This document shows positions 25,458-35,359 of a DNA stretch of 64,000 nucleotides, in pieces. Source of the stretch: a virus; IMG/VR virus record IMGVR_UViG_3300021420_000019, positions 37,524 to 101,523 of that record. One strand, 5' to 3'. Each line of letters begins with the position of its first letter. Within the stretch, counting starts at the first letter, position 1. The translations under genes were made by a program, and so were the position numbers. The notes under the pieces were generated by a model that made no database searches, was not told the DNA's origin, and saw only the letters and a program-made list of their open reading frames with translations.

Positions 25458-26612
25458 GTGACTCAGAATCAAGATCAGTACAACTCATCCGGAAATATAA
25501 CTGCTGCGGGAACTGGTTGTACTCTGGTCAACACTTCAAGCTCGGTCGTTCTACCTCTAATTAACGCTCCATCTATTAGTTCTGTTGTTGTAACAGTATC
25601 GGGAACCTTCTCCGGAACCTTAAATTTCGCGGCTACGAACGCCGGACTTCCTTTCTCTAATCCCCTATCGATGACTCCAGTCGGCGGAGGAGCTGCGGTT
25701 ACCAGTGCCACCGCTCCCGGCGCATGGACCGCTCAGGTGGCGGGATTAACTGTAATCGGGGTTTACGGGTCTCCGTTTGCTTCCGGTGACGCGCTAGTCA
25801 CGATCACATCATCAACAGCGGTGATATCTGGCGGCGGTGGCGGAACTATATCCGGAACTATTGCCACGAATCAAGTGGCGGTTGGCTCCGGGGCGAACAC
25901 AATTGCCGGGAGTAGCAATTTTACGTTCGTTAACAGCAATCAGACGTTGAATATAGGTAACAGCGCTAACCCCACCATTACGATGGGCCCTACGGCAGCC
26001 GCAGGAAGCCCGGGGACTACGCTAACCGCAGGGTTATTTAATGCTAATATTGTTTTAAGTAGCATTGTAGGTGTCATCCTAGCTGTGGCCTCGGGCGAAA
26101 GTGTGATGGTCAACGGACCTAGTGGCACGGATAGTTGGTCTTATAGCGGCACGACGGGCTACACTTCTTGGAACGGCGGCACTAGCGGCTCTGCTGCAAT
26201 TGGCGTGGCTCTTGTAGCAGGAACCCCGAATCCGATGCTGCTGCCGACCACATCCCCCTCCTCCGTTACGCAGGTTTTGGGACTCAGTTCTATTACCGGC
26301 GGTCTTTCTCAGCTAGCGTGGGTTACGCCTAGCGGCGGCGTTTCGCTTATCGCCTCCGGCACAGCCGCAATGGGAACAACAGGAATTTCAACACTTACTT
26401 CTGGTACGGTAACGACGGTTCCTGCCGCCGGAGTAGCAACAACTGATTCAATTGAGTGGGCATTTAACGCCGCGCCTGGAGCAGGGTATTCAGCCGGAGT
26501 TTTTGTTTTGGCCTATGTAACCAGCGGGAATGTAAATTTCGTTCAAGTAAATCCGACTGCGGCAACTCAAACGCCTGCGGCAGCAACCATAAATTGGCGC
26601 GTGGTTCGTTAG
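25458..26612 (+). CDS. Fibre/decoration-like virion protein
   Basis: G/S/T-rich; shares internal and C-terminal modules (...NWRVVR) with the 56453 ORF; start moved to GTG 25458. Confidence 0.65.
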   Translation: MTQNQDQYNSSGNITAAGTGCTLVNTSSSVVLPLINAPSISSVVVTVSGTFSGTLNFAATNAGLPFSNPLSMTPVGGGAAVTSATAPGAWTAQVAGLTVIGVYGSPFASGDALVTITSSTAVISGGGGGTISGTIATNQVAVGSGANTIAGSSNFTFVNSNQTLNIGNSANPTITMGPTAAAGSPGTTLTAGLFNANIVLSSIVGVILAVASGESVMVNGPSGTDSWSYSGTTGYTSWNGGTSGSAAIGVALVAGTPNPMLLPTTSPSSVTQVLGLSSITGGLSQLAWVTPSGGVSLIASGTAAMGTTGISTLTSGTVTTVPAAGVATTDSIEWAFNAAPGAGYSAGVFVLAYVTSGNVNFVQVNPTAATQTPAAATINWRVVR

Positions 26613-26621
26613 AGCTAAAAA

Positions 26622-26993
26622 ATGATAGCCACTTTAATCGCTTCAGCGGCATCCGCCATAATCTCAGCGGCGGTGACCCGACACTACTTTCCAAGAGTAG
26701 TCGAGAGAGTCGTAGAGAAGTTCGTTGATCGGGTTGTTGAAGTCCCCGTCGATAGAGTAGTTGAAAAGATAGTCGAGATCGAGAAGCCCCCGGTATTCGT
26801 TCCTGTCGATAGGCCTAGATTTTTAAGCGCGGAAGAGCGCAGAGAACTGATTGCATCGCAGGCGAACGATCCCGATATCATGGCCCAGGTGGCCGATAGT
26901 ATTCGAAGGCGAGACGAGTCATTTGGCGGGTACTTCCCCGACCCGGCGGCGCAAATCGATCCGAACTGGAACCCGAAAAGAAAGAAGATTTAA
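26622..26993 (+). CDS. Membrane-anchored protein with VEK/VPV repeats
   Basis: N-terminal TM segment; VVERVVEKFVDRVVEVPVDRVVEK. Confidence 0.7.
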   Translation: MIATLIASAASAIISAAVTRHYFPRVVERVVEKFVDRVVEVPVDRVVEKIVEIEKPPVFVPVDRPRFLSAEERRELIASQANDPDIMAQVADSIRRRDESFGGYFPDPAAQIDPNWNPKRKKI

Positions 26994-27002
26994 GGAGTTT
27001 TG

Positions 27003-29480
27003 ATGGCGTTGGTTCGCGGCCCGTTAAATTCGAGTTCCCCCACGACCAGTGTTTTGACTGGCGGAGTTTACAACGCGGTACCTCCTGCGCCCGCCGATAC
27101 TCAGGAATGCGCCCTTCAACTTGATGCAAACGGGCGATTGTTGGTTTCAAGTACCGGAGGCGGCGGGGCTACTGTAGTCACCGGCACGTTATCCAACAAC
27201 ACAGCTCCCCCGGGCCCAAATAACGTCGGTGTATTACCAGCCGTTGCAAACGCGGCGGCCCCGACTTATATAGAGGGCAATCAGGTTCTGTTGTCTACGG
27301 ACCTGTCAGGAAATCTTAGGACTATCTCCGGAGCAGGTTCAACAACTGCCGTAACCGGAAACGTAACTGTCGTTCAACCAACCGGAACGAATCTTCATGT
27401 TGTAGTTGATTCAACAAGTGGTACTGCCGCTGAGAACTTGATCCAGGTCGCTGGTGTCACGTTAGGGGCTACCGCTGTAACCGCATACGGAACAGCGCCT
27501 GCTGCTGCCAACGTTCCTGGTGTAAACGCTTTTATCACTAACACGCCTGCGGTGACTTTGGCTAGCACGACGATCACAGGAAATGTGACAGTGGTTCAGC
27601 CCACCGGAACGAACCTTCACGTTGTTGTTGATTCAACCACAGGCACCGCTGCCGAGAACTTGATTCAAGTGGCCGGTGTTACCCTTGGCGCTACGGCTGT
27701 AACTGCCTACGGTACAGCACCGGCAGCCGCAAATGTGCCTGGTGTCAACGCGTTTATTACTAACACTGTTGCAACAACACTGGCTTCGACCACGATCACC
27801 GGCACCGTTGCTGTCACTCAGAGCACAACCCCTTGGGCCGATAACCTGACTCAAGTTGCAGGCGTGGCACTCGGAGCAACTGCGGTAACTGCGTTCGGAA
27901 CTGCCCCTGCCGCCGCAAATGTTCCTGGCGTTAACTCATCTATCTTTGCTGGTACGACCGGCATCACGGCGACAGGCACATCACTAAACGTGAACATCAC
28001 CTCTGGTTCATTGATCACCGCCGCGGTTACCGGCACAAAGTCAAATAACTCTGTCGTTCCAGGCGCAACGAACCTCGGCGTCCTACCGGGAATCGCTAAC
28101 GCAGTAACGCAGACATGGACAGAGGGCGATCAAGTCCTAGAGTCTATGGACCTGTCCGGCAGGCAGCGCGTGCGCGGTACGTTGACGCATAACAACGCCG
28201 CCCCATCCTCAGATTTGCTCGGAGTGATGAACGGGCTCGCTAATGCCGTAGCGCCAACATACACTGAAGGCGATCTAGTTCTTCAGTCCGTCGATTTGTC
28301 TGGAAATACCCGCGTTATCGGTACGAAAACGAATAACAATGCCGCGCCGACAACACAGGTCGGCGTCCTACCTGCTCTCGCTAACGCAGCGCCCCCCGCA
28401 TGGACTGAAGGAAATCAGGTACTCGAATCAGTCGATTTAACGGGTCGTCAACGTGTTCGAGGTACTCTTACAAATAATAATGCGGCTCCGGCGGCGGATC
28501 AGTTATCCGTTATACCGGCTCTTGCAAATGCTGTTGCGCCCGCATGGACCGAAGGCGATCAGGTTCTCCTTTCCGAAACACTGACAGGACAGCTACGCAC
28601 AACAGGCGGAGCTGTTACCCAGGGTTCTACAACCGCAGGGGAAATTGGTGGACTAATACAGGGAGCTGTTACAACCGCGAATCCCCTATATACAACTGGG
28701 CAAACCGATCCCCTTTCTTTAGATATTAACGGAAACTTACGGACACTTTTATATGATGTCCTCCAACTCCCCGGAGATAATTTCGGGAATCTAAGGTCAA
28801 TTTCTGATGCCGGAGGTAATTTTCAGGTAATTGGAACTAATCCATATCTTTGGAATGGCGGCGGATTTTGGAGGCAGAGAGATATACTCGGAGCCCCAGA
28901 TTCGGGCAGTGGAAACGGGGTTACCGCGATTGCGCCCGTTGTGTTCAATGGCACAACTTGGGATCGCGCACGTAGCGCAACCATCGGCAATGCTGTCGCC
29001 TCAACTGGACTTCCAGCAAACACTGCTTACGGCGAATATCTTTCCACAGCGCCTGCGCCTACAACGGGACAGTACTCTGCGCTTCAGACAGACTATAAGG
29101 GTAGTTTGTTTACGAAGCCGATTCGTCGAAGTGAGACGGTCGCGCAGGCGACTACAATCTCTCTTACAGCATCGGCGACTACTGTTTTAGCGGCGCAAGC
29201 CGCTGGAATCTTTACTGATATCAGCAATCTGATTATCACGGTAACGACTGCGGCTACCACTTCAATTCCGTTCACAGCGACTCTTTCTGACGGAACGGCC
29301 AGTTATATTTTTGATATGGAAACAGGGTCGCTTACGACGGGAACTCCTCCGCCTTTGATGCTTGCTTTTAATCCACCGATATCAGCAACAACAGCCGCGA
29401 CAGCCTGGACGATTGCACTTTCCGTCGCAACAGTCGTGGTTCACGTTACTGTGAACTCCGTGTTACAGAAGGCGAGCTAA
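27003..29480 (+). CDS. Repeat-rich fibre-like virion protein
   Basis: 74-aa tandem repeats and several NNAAP...WTEGDQVL repeats; AAGGAG RBS. Confidence 0.7.
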   Translation: MALVRGPLNSSSPTTSVLTGGVYNAVPPAPADTQECALQLDANGRLLVSSTGGGGATVVTGTLSNNTAPPGPNNVGVLPAVANAAAPTYIEGNQVLLSTDLSGNLRTISGAGSTTAVTGNVTVVQPTGTNLHVVVDSTSGTAAENLIQVAGVTLGATAVTAYGTAPAAANVPGVNAFITNTPAVTLASTTITGNVTVVQPTGTNLHVVVDSTTGTAAENLIQVAGVTLGATAVTAYGTAPAAANVPGVNAFITNTVATTLASTTITGTVAVTQSTTPWADNLTQVAGVALGATAVTAFGTAPAAANVPGVNSSIFAGTTGITATGTSLNVNITSGSLITAAVTGTKSNNSVVPGATNLGVLPGIANAVTQTWTEGDQVLESMDLSGRQRVRGTLTHNNAAPSSDLLGVMNGLANAVAPTYTEGDLVLQSVDLSGNTRVIGTKTNNNAAPTTQVGVLPALANAAPPAWTEGNQVLESVDLTGRQRVRGTLTNNNAAPAADQLSVIPALANAVAPAWTEGDQVLLSETLTGQLRTTGGAVTQGSTTAGEIGGLIQGAVTTANPLYTTGQTDPLSLDINGNLRTLLYDVLQLPGDNFGNLRSISDAGGNFQVIGTNPYLWNGGGFWRQRDILGAPDSGSGNGVTAIAPVVFNGTTWDRARSATIGNAVASTGLPANTAYGEYLSTAPAPTTGQYSALQTDYKGSLFTKPIRRSETVAQATTISLTASATTVLAAQAAGIFTDISNLIITVTTAATTSIPFTATLSDGTASYIFDMETGSLTTGTPPPLMLAFNPPISATTAATAWTIALSVATVVVHVTVNSVLQKAS

Positions 29481-29481
29481 T

Positions 29482-30552
29482 ATGAATATAGCTTCGTTCC
29501 CGATAAATGTGACAGTCGCAGGCGATGGTGTTTCCACATCTGTCGTAGTTGGATTGGGGTACACGCCAACATCGGCTGCACTTGTAACTGCGTACGACGC
29601 GAACTACAACAATGTATCTGCGAATGTTTTGTCGGTTGTGCCGGGAACATTAAACGTCACGATTAACTTCGTCGCGGCGTTTAGCGGCAACGTTCAAATC
29701 CTGCTAGCACTGGCCAATTCGTCGTTCAGCGCCGCTCAGTTGCAGCCTGTCAGCATCTCAGCGATGCCGACAACTCCGGTAACCGGAACATTTTGGCAGG
29801 CAACGCAGCCTGTTTCAGGTACTATCTCAGTCAACGCGCTTCCGACAGGCACGAATCAGATCGGTCACGTTATCGCGGATACAGGCTCTACAACGGCGGT
29901 CACGCAGGCCACACCTGCAAATCTACAAGCCACTGTTACGTCGGCGGGCGGCATATTTGAAGTATCTCCTACTACGGCGGCCAATACAAACGCGAATCCT
30001 TTCTTTAATTCGATCACAGATGGTACGACCAAAGCCACTGTAATTGCAGCGACAGCCGCTTTGAAAACCGATCTTTCTTCCGTGGCGGGAACGGCAACAG
30101 TTACCGCAGCGGCGGGCGTCCAAAAAGTAGGCATTACAGGTAACGCGAACGCGACTCTAGACGCGGCCATTAATGGCGCAGCATCAACGAACGCACTATG
30201 GACAATGAACGCGCCTTCGACCGCTTCAGCGGCGGCGATGGCGACTCCGACAACGCTCGCGGCTTTGAGCGTGGCAAATGTTAAAGCGTCTGCCGGAAAT
30301 CTATACGGATTGTCGGTAAACAACACATCGAGCACCCCCATCTATATTCAGTTTTACAATACAGCAGGAACCCCGACGTTGGGGACAAGCGTGATTTTCT
30401 CCGTCCCGTGCGTCATCGGTGTAACGACTCTCGTTATGGCCCCACCGGCGTTAGCAAACTTTACGACGGGGATCGGAATCGGGGCCTCGACTTCTCCGCT
30501 TAGTACAGGAACTCCGTCGGTTGCGCCAGTGGCGACTATATTCTTTAAGTAG
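29482..30552 (+). CDS. Putative virion structural protein
   Basis: C-terminal VKASAG.LY...YIQFYN domain shared with the 30898 ORF. Confidence 0.6.
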   Translation: MNIASFPINVTVAGDGVSTSVVVGLGYTPTSAALVTAYDANYNNVSANVLSVVPGTLNVTINFVAAFSGNVQILLALANSSFSAAQLQPVSISAMPTTPVTGTFWQATQPVSGTISVNALPTGTNQIGHVIADTGSTTAVTQATPANLQATVTSAGGIFEVSPTTAANTNANPFFNSITDGTTKATVIAATAALKTDLSSVAGTATVTAAAGVQKVGITGNANATLDAAINGAASTNALWTMNAPSTASAAAMATPTTLAALSVANVKASAGNLYGLSVNNTSSTPIYIQFYNTAGTPTLGTSVIFSVPCVIGVTTLVMAPPALANFTTGIGIGASTSPLSTGTPSVAPVATIFFK

Positions 30553-30560
30553 GAGGCTCT

Positions 30561-30863
30561 ATGTCATACAGCGCAGATTATACACTGTCTCAGACTCAAT
30601 CGTTTCAAAATACGATTCAAATGGCGTTGATTTCCGTCGCTCTTACCGTTGCGGTAACCGCGCCTAGCGGAGATGCGGTCATTGACGGTTTACGCAACGC
30701 GTTAGCTGCTGCGGTTTTGAATAATCCCGCCGTCTACGTGGCACGCTTTACGGTTGCCGCCATCGAAGAGGGGGCATTGACGGCAGCGAGCACCGATGCG
30801 CAGATTTTTGCTGCTGTCGGAAACGTTTGGAGTGCCATTGCTGGAGTTACGACCAGAGATTAG
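30561..30863 (+). CDS. Hypothetical protein
   Basis: AGGAGG RBS. Confidence 0.75.
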   Translation: MSYSADYTLSQTQSFQNTIQMALISVALTVAVTAPSGDAVIDGLRNALAAAVLNNPAVYVARFTVAAIEEGALTAASTDAQIFAAVGNVWSAIAGVTTRD

Positions 30864-30897
30864 CAGGGCACTATGACTTTGTAATACGGAGATTTAA

Positions 30898-31278
30898 GTG
30901 ATAACACAAACCAACGTAACCAGTCCGTCGCAAGAAATTATCTTTTTAGACACTGCGATGGGAGCCACCGTCGATTCAGTGAAGGCGAGTTCCGCTCAAG
31001 TTTATTCTATCTCGGTCAACAATACCTTGAACGCGAGTCCGGTTTACGTGAAGCTCTTCAATTTGGCTTCCGGTTCCGTCACAGTGGGCACGACTGCCCC
31101 AGATGAAGTGATCTACATTCCGGCTTCGTCTATCATCACTCAGAACTATTTCACAGCCGGTTCTACCCCGGGCAAGGTATTTGCAACAGCGCTGTCAGCG
31201 GCGTGCCTGACCACCGGGGGCACGGGCGGGGTAACTAGCCCCACCCTGAATGTCAGTGTTACGGTATCGTACGTATAA
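30898..31278 (+). CDS. Putative small structural protein
   Basis: VKASSAQVY...YVKLFN, paralogous to the 29482 C-terminus. Confidence 0.65.
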   Translation: MITQTNVTSPSQEIIFLDTAMGATVDSVKASSAQVYSISVNNTLNASPVYVKLFNLASGSVTVGTTAPDEVIYIPASSIITQNYFTAGSTPGKVFATALSAACLTTGGTGGVTSPTLNVSVTVSYV

Positions 31279-31303
31279 CAAGTTTGTAATTTAGGAGACT
31301 CTC

Positions 31304-31555
31304 ATGTCTATGTCATCGGAAGAAACAAAGTTCAAGACCGCAAAGAAGATGGTCAAGGGACATTCTCAACCGGGAACGTCCTCAACAAACATTGACGAAG
31401 CGCTCGGTAATGCAACAAAGAAGAAGACCACTCCGGCGCACGTTGGATTCGGTTCAACTTCTGATGAATGTGAGTCGCTCGGCGGTATCGCAAAGAAAAA
31501 GCCCAGCATGGTTGATCCAGGCGGCGCAGGTGATGCTGCCCCGTACATGCGCTAA
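31304..31555 (+). CDS. Small hypothetical protein
   Basis: AGGAG RBS. Confidence 0.7.
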   Translation: MSMSSEETKFKTAKKMVKGHSQPGTSSTNIDEALGNATKKKTTPAHVGFGSTSDECESLGGIAKKKPSMVDPGGAGDAAPYMR

Positions 31556-31642
31556 AATATTCTCTGTTCGCGAATAGCGAATGGGAAAATCAACACAGTT
31601 TAAAATTGGGGTCCTACTGTGTGACCCGTTCAAGGAGCAGTC

Positions 31643-32500
31643 ATGACGTTTAAGAAGAACTTTGTCTGTGCGATAAAGGTAGGCGGTAAGGTCTTGCGTG
31701 AGTCTTCGGGCCGCGTAGAATTGCCGTTCGGCTCGGAGTATTCAGTTCTGTTGAAGAACCTGGACTCAGTTCGCATGCAGGCGCGTATCTCAATCGATGG
31801 CAAGGAAGCGACCGGATGGTTAATCATCGGGCCGAACCAGAGCATCGACGTTGAGAGGTTCGTAGAAGATTTAGATAGAGGCAATCGGTTCAAGTTTATC
31901 GAACGCACCGAGCGTATCGAGGAACACCGTGGCATTAAGGCTGAAGACGGGCTGGTCCGTGTCGAGTTCAAGCGCGAGAAGATATATGAAGTGCCCCAGG
32001 TGGCTATCCATCACACTTACCATCATTATTATCCTGGTGGTTGTTATGGTTGGCACTATCCGTACTACGGTCCGTTTTATAGCGGGAACTATTGCAGGGC
32101 GCTGAACCAGAACGTGCAGACCGCGACCAGTGCGGTCACGACAGCAGGGTTGTCCGGCGTGACGTACACAAGCGCTAGCGGTAGCGTAGCGGGCGCACAG
32201 GCGAACAACGTAAGCTACTCGGCTCAGAACTTGCAGGCTAATAATGTTAGCGCGAACGCGAACGACGCGGGGATCACAGTTCCGGGCTCACTGAGCGATC
32301 AGAAGTTCATTTCAGTTTCAGGTTTTGAAACAGAACAGTCCGAAGTGGTTGTTCTGTATCTTGTCGGCAAGAAAGCGGGAGCGCCTGTGCAGGTCGCAAA
32401 GACCGTGCACACGCTGCTACAGTGCGAAACTTGCGGCAGGACAAGTAAATCATCAGCGAAGTTCTGCAAAGAGTGCGGGACATCGCTGGAAAAAGTTTGA
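31643..32500 (+). CDS. Hypothetical protein with C-terminal Zn ribbon
   Basis: LPFGSEYSVLLKN; CETCG...FCKECG. Confidence 0.8.
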   Translation: MTFKKNFVCAIKVGGKVLRESSGRVELPFGSEYSVLLKNLDSVRMQARISIDGKEATGWLIIGPNQSIDVERFVEDLDRGNRFKFIERTERIEEHRGIKAEDGLVRVEFKREKIYEVPQVAIHHTYHHYYPGGCYGWHYPYYGPFYSGNYCRALNQNVQTATSAVTTAGLSGVTYTSASGSVAGAQANNVSYSAQNLQANNVSANANDAGITVPGSLSDQKFISVSGFETEQSEVVVLYLVGKKAGAPVQVAKTVHTLLQCETCGRTSKSSAKFCKECGTSLEKV

Positions 32501-32591
32501 AGGCATCCAAAGGGTGCTTTTCATTAAAGCGTGGCGTTTGCGTGCTAGATTAAAAATCGAAGCGCAGCGTTCGCGTTCATAGGAGAAACAC

Positions 32592-33530
32592 ATGGGCGTT
32601 ATTTCGCAGTATCAGATTAACACAGCGTTCCCCAGCACGGTTGGCGGAACGTCTGGCGTACTACAGTACTTCTTCAGCAATCCACCGCAATCTTTGTGGA
32701 ACGTTGGAGTCTCAGGAGTAAATCCCCCAGTCCAATCTTCACAGTTGGGTATGGTCCCGTCAGCAACCAGCTCAATCGGCATGTTGCCTTTTGATGGTGA
32801 TGGATTCAAACTACAGGGCAACCGTTTCACCTTGTTCGCTAGCGGTGTCGCATCAAACACCCTAGGAACACCGACAGTTACCCCGTTGATTCAGATCGTG
32901 ACCCCGAACGCTACAACAGGTTCGATCTACAACAGTCCGGTTTACACAACCATCATCGCTGGCGTTCCCTCTTCAGCTATGGTAGCTGGTAACGCGGTCG
33001 CGTTCCAGATGAGTGCTAACTTGTACTTCGAGCCTCAGTCAGGAACACTATCCGGAACCCAAGAGTGGCAGATCGTACCTAAGCAGCCAGGAACCACTTA
33101 CGTGCTGACACAGGTGACTGTCGCTGGAACCTCAACGACATACACTGGAACGATCACTGGTGGAGCCGCAAACGCTTACGCCGGACAGACGTTCTTGATC
33201 TCCGGTTTCGTGAACGCTGGAAACAACGTTTACGTAACGGTGACCGCGTCAACCGCTACAACCTTGGTTGTGACAACCACGACTCAGGTTAACGAAACAC
33301 ACGCGGGAGCTGCAACAGGTGGAGGCACGCCGGTAATTCAGCTTACCTCTCTCTTAACCGCAGTTCAGGGACTATCACCGAACACCCCACCGAGCCCGAC
33401 CGCCCCGGGACAGATCACGAACGAGTATCTGTCAAATCCAGGGTTCGGGTTTGTCTGCGGAGTTACCTTCAGCACTGGAAATACAGGCAATAGCGCTTCC
33501 TTATATGAATTTAAGATGGCGCAATGGTAG
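32592..33530 (+). CDS. Putative virion protein with shared ~75-aa module
   Basis: LTQVTVAGTSTTYTGTITGGAANAYAGQTFLISGF...QVNETH. Confidence 0.65.
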   Translation: MGVISQYQINTAFPSTVGGTSGVLQYFFSNPPQSLWNVGVSGVNPPVQSSQLGMVPSATSSIGMLPFDGDGFKLQGNRFTLFASGVASNTLGTPTVTPLIQIVTPNATTGSIYNSPVYTTIIAGVPSSAMVAGNAVAFQMSANLYFEPQSGTLSGTQEWQIVPKQPGTTYVLTQVTVAGTSTTYTGTITGGAANAYAGQTFLISGFVNAGNNVYVTVTASTATTLVVTTTTQVNETHAGAATGGGTPVIQLTSLLTAVQGLSPNTPPSPTAPGQITNEYLSNPGFGFVCGVTFSTGNTGNSASLYEFKMAQW

Positions 33531-33685
33531 GCCCTAATTCCTTTCTTTTCAGTAGTTTAGAAAGGATTTAGGTAACATTCTAGGATGAGACGGGGCGAAG
33601 CAAAAGAATTCGCCCCTCCTTCCAGAAAACCGTGTGAAAGCCACAACAGCCTCGTTACAGTCTTGGCAAATTTTATAGGAATCTT

Positions 33686-33928
33686 GTGAACGAAGATACA
33701 GCCCTTATTTTGTCGAACATGAGTGACATACGTAACGAACTCACCAAAGCTATCGGTGACCTGCACTCGGAGTTCGCTGGCTTTAAAGGTGGTATGGACG
33801 CTAGGGTAGATCAGATAGAAGCGGACCAAGAGAAGACCGAGAAGCGCCAGTGGATTCACTCTGTAGTAGTTACCGTGGGCACGGTCCTGCACCACGATCT
33901 AGGCGCTTGGCTTCACTGGAAGATATAA
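33686..33928 (+). CDS. Coiled-coil + C-terminal TM protein (holin/lysis-accessory-like)
   Basis: Composition and topology only. Confidence 0.45.
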   Translation: MNEDTALILSNMSDIRNELTKAIGDLHSEFAGFKGGMDARVDQIEADQEKTEKRQWIHSVVVTVGTVLHHDLGAWLHWKI

Positions 33929-33942
33929 TTCAAAAATAGCAC

Positions 33943-33971
33943 TTGACAAGCAGACAGAAGTGTGCTAAACT
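33943..33971 (+). promoter_or_regulatory. sigma70-type promoter of the HNH gene
   Basis: TTGACA-N17-TAAACT. Confidence 0.6.
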
Positions 33972-33989
33972 ATTTGTAGCTACAAGGAT

Positions 33990-34035
33990 GGGGGTGCCTC
34001 AATCACCCCCTACTCTATTGAGGAGAGTAAACATG
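33990..34035 (+). promoter_or_regulatory. Kissing-loop element, copy 5
   Basis: gggggtg[cctcaat]caccccc tactct[attgagg]agagta aac ATG. Confidence 0.82.
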
Positions 34036-34632
34036 TATCATACTATAAAGGATTTGATAGGTAAAAGATTCGGTAAGTTATTAGTAGTTGCAGATTCTGG
34101 TGAGAGAAATAACCACAGAGAAGTAATTTGGTCGTGTTTATGCGATTGCGGGAAAGAGTGTAAGAAAACGTCCAGCACTCTTTCAGCGAATAAAAGTAGA
34201 TCATGCGGCTGTAATCGGTCGGAGCCTAAGCCCAGCCTTCAAAAGAAGAGAATAGATGACGCGCCGCAACGTCAATCATTTACGCAATATCGTGTCGCCG
34301 CCAAAAGCAGAGGCTACACTTTCAATCTCACGCTAGAACAGTTTAAGAATATTTGTTCGTTAGATTGTTTTTATTGTGGTTCTTCTCCGTCAATGGTTAA
34401 GAGAACGAAATATGATTCTATATCTATGAACGGAGTAGATCGCAAAGACAACGTTTTAGGATATGAATCTAGTAATTGTGTTCCTTGTTGTGATATTTGT
34501 AATAGGATGAAACATACTCTGTCTGTAGAAGAGTTTGTTCAACACATCGAGAAGGTGTACCATTCCAGCCGTCAGTCAAAAACAAGCGATCATGATGCGT
34601 ATCGCGGAACATCATCCGGAAGAGTTGTATGA
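34033..34632 (+). CDS. HNH homing endonuclease
   Basis: LIGKRFGKL..WSCLCDCG..SCGC; CFYCG..NGVDRKDN..GY..SNCVPCC..CNRMK; start moved to ATG 34033. Confidence 0.88.
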   Translation: MYHTIKDLIGKRFGKLLVVADSGERNNHREVIWSCLCDCGKECKKTSSTLSANKSRSCGCNRSEPKPSLQKKRIDDAPQRQSFTQYRVAAKSRGYTFNLTLEQFKNICSLDCFYCGSSPSMVKRTKYDSISMNGVDRKDNVLGYESSNCVPCCDICNRMKHTLSVEEFVQHIEKVYHSSRQSKTSDHDAYRGTSSGRVV

Positions 34633-34753
34633 TCGTAATAAGGGTGCCGCTGAGATGACCCACTCTCAGTTGCACGATTTCGCGAAGACCCCCAATAAAG
34701 GGCTTCCTACATACGCACACGCCAGAGCAGCCCGGAAGAAAGAAAATGGCTAA
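34562..34753 (+). CDS. Small basic protein (PAVSQKQ type); start codon uncertain
   Basis: (I)PAVSQKQAIMMRIAEHHPEELY...LHDFA. Confidence 0.55.
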   Translation: MPAVSQKQAIMMRIAEHHPEELYDRNKGAAEMTHSQLHDFAKTPNKGLPTYAHARAARKKENG

Positions 34754-34907
34754 CGAATTCGGCGGACTGATGCCTAAGAAGGGCGAGAACACAGACATAA
34801 TCAAGACCGTAGATACAACCCCTGTCCCGGATAAGCCAGCGCCCCCGAAGCCTCCCGCAGGCTGGGACAAGCTCTCATACGGGATAGCACGGGCCGCGAG
34901 GAAGTAA
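34746..34907 (+). CDS. Small hypothetical protein (53 aa; not in the track)
   Basis: MANEFGGLMPKK...LSYGIARAARK; overlaps the upstream stop. Confidence 0.55.
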   Translation: MANEFGGLMPKKGENTDIIKTVDTTPVPDKPAPPKPPAGWDKLSYGIARAARK

Positions 34908-34912
34908 AGTTT

Positions 34913-35061
34913 GGGCCTATCTGAAAGAAGAACTGGTCTCCCTCGGGCTCTGACCAGCGCACGTCGGAACGATACGACATATCGGCCATGCTTGAATCGA
35001 TATCTTACCTAAGCCACGCCAGAACCGTGGCCCAGAAGAGCATTTCAGATAAGTGAGCCTA
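34913..35061 (+). ncRNA. Unidentified multi-stem structured element
   Basis: Closing helix tatctgaaa/tttcagata enclosing four hairpins. Confidence 0.5.
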
Positions 35062-35097
35062 GTATTTTTGAAAGACGTTTTTAATTAGGAGTTTCAA

Positions 35098-35358
35098 ATG
35101 GCGGAAAAGAAAAAGCACCATAAGTACCACACGACCACAATTTCACACCACTCTGACGGCAGCCATACTACGCACCACGCCCACGAAGACGGCCCGCAAC
35201 ACGATAAGAAATACGCAACCGGGTCTCACGATGAAATGGTTGACGGCCTAATGGACGCGACTTCGCGCCCCAATCCAGGTGAGGCAGAAGCAGAAGCCGG
35301 ACCTGCTCCAGCGGCGGCAGGACCGGCAGGTGCTGTAGCTGCACCAGCGGCGGTGTAA
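35098..35358 (+). CDS. His-rich small protein
   Basis: AGGAG RBS; KKKHHKYHTTTISHHSDGSH. Confidence 0.75.
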   Translation: MAEKKKHHKYHTTTISHHSDGSHTTHHAHEDGPQHDKKYATGSHDEMVDGLMDATSRPNPGEAEAEAGPAPAAAGPAGAVAAPAAV

Positions 35359-35359
35359 T

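Noticed and set aside
27000-29480. CRISPR array or DGR template/variable repeats
   Set aside because: The repeats are in-frame protein repeats with synonymous changes at all bases; no spacer pattern and no reverse transcriptase
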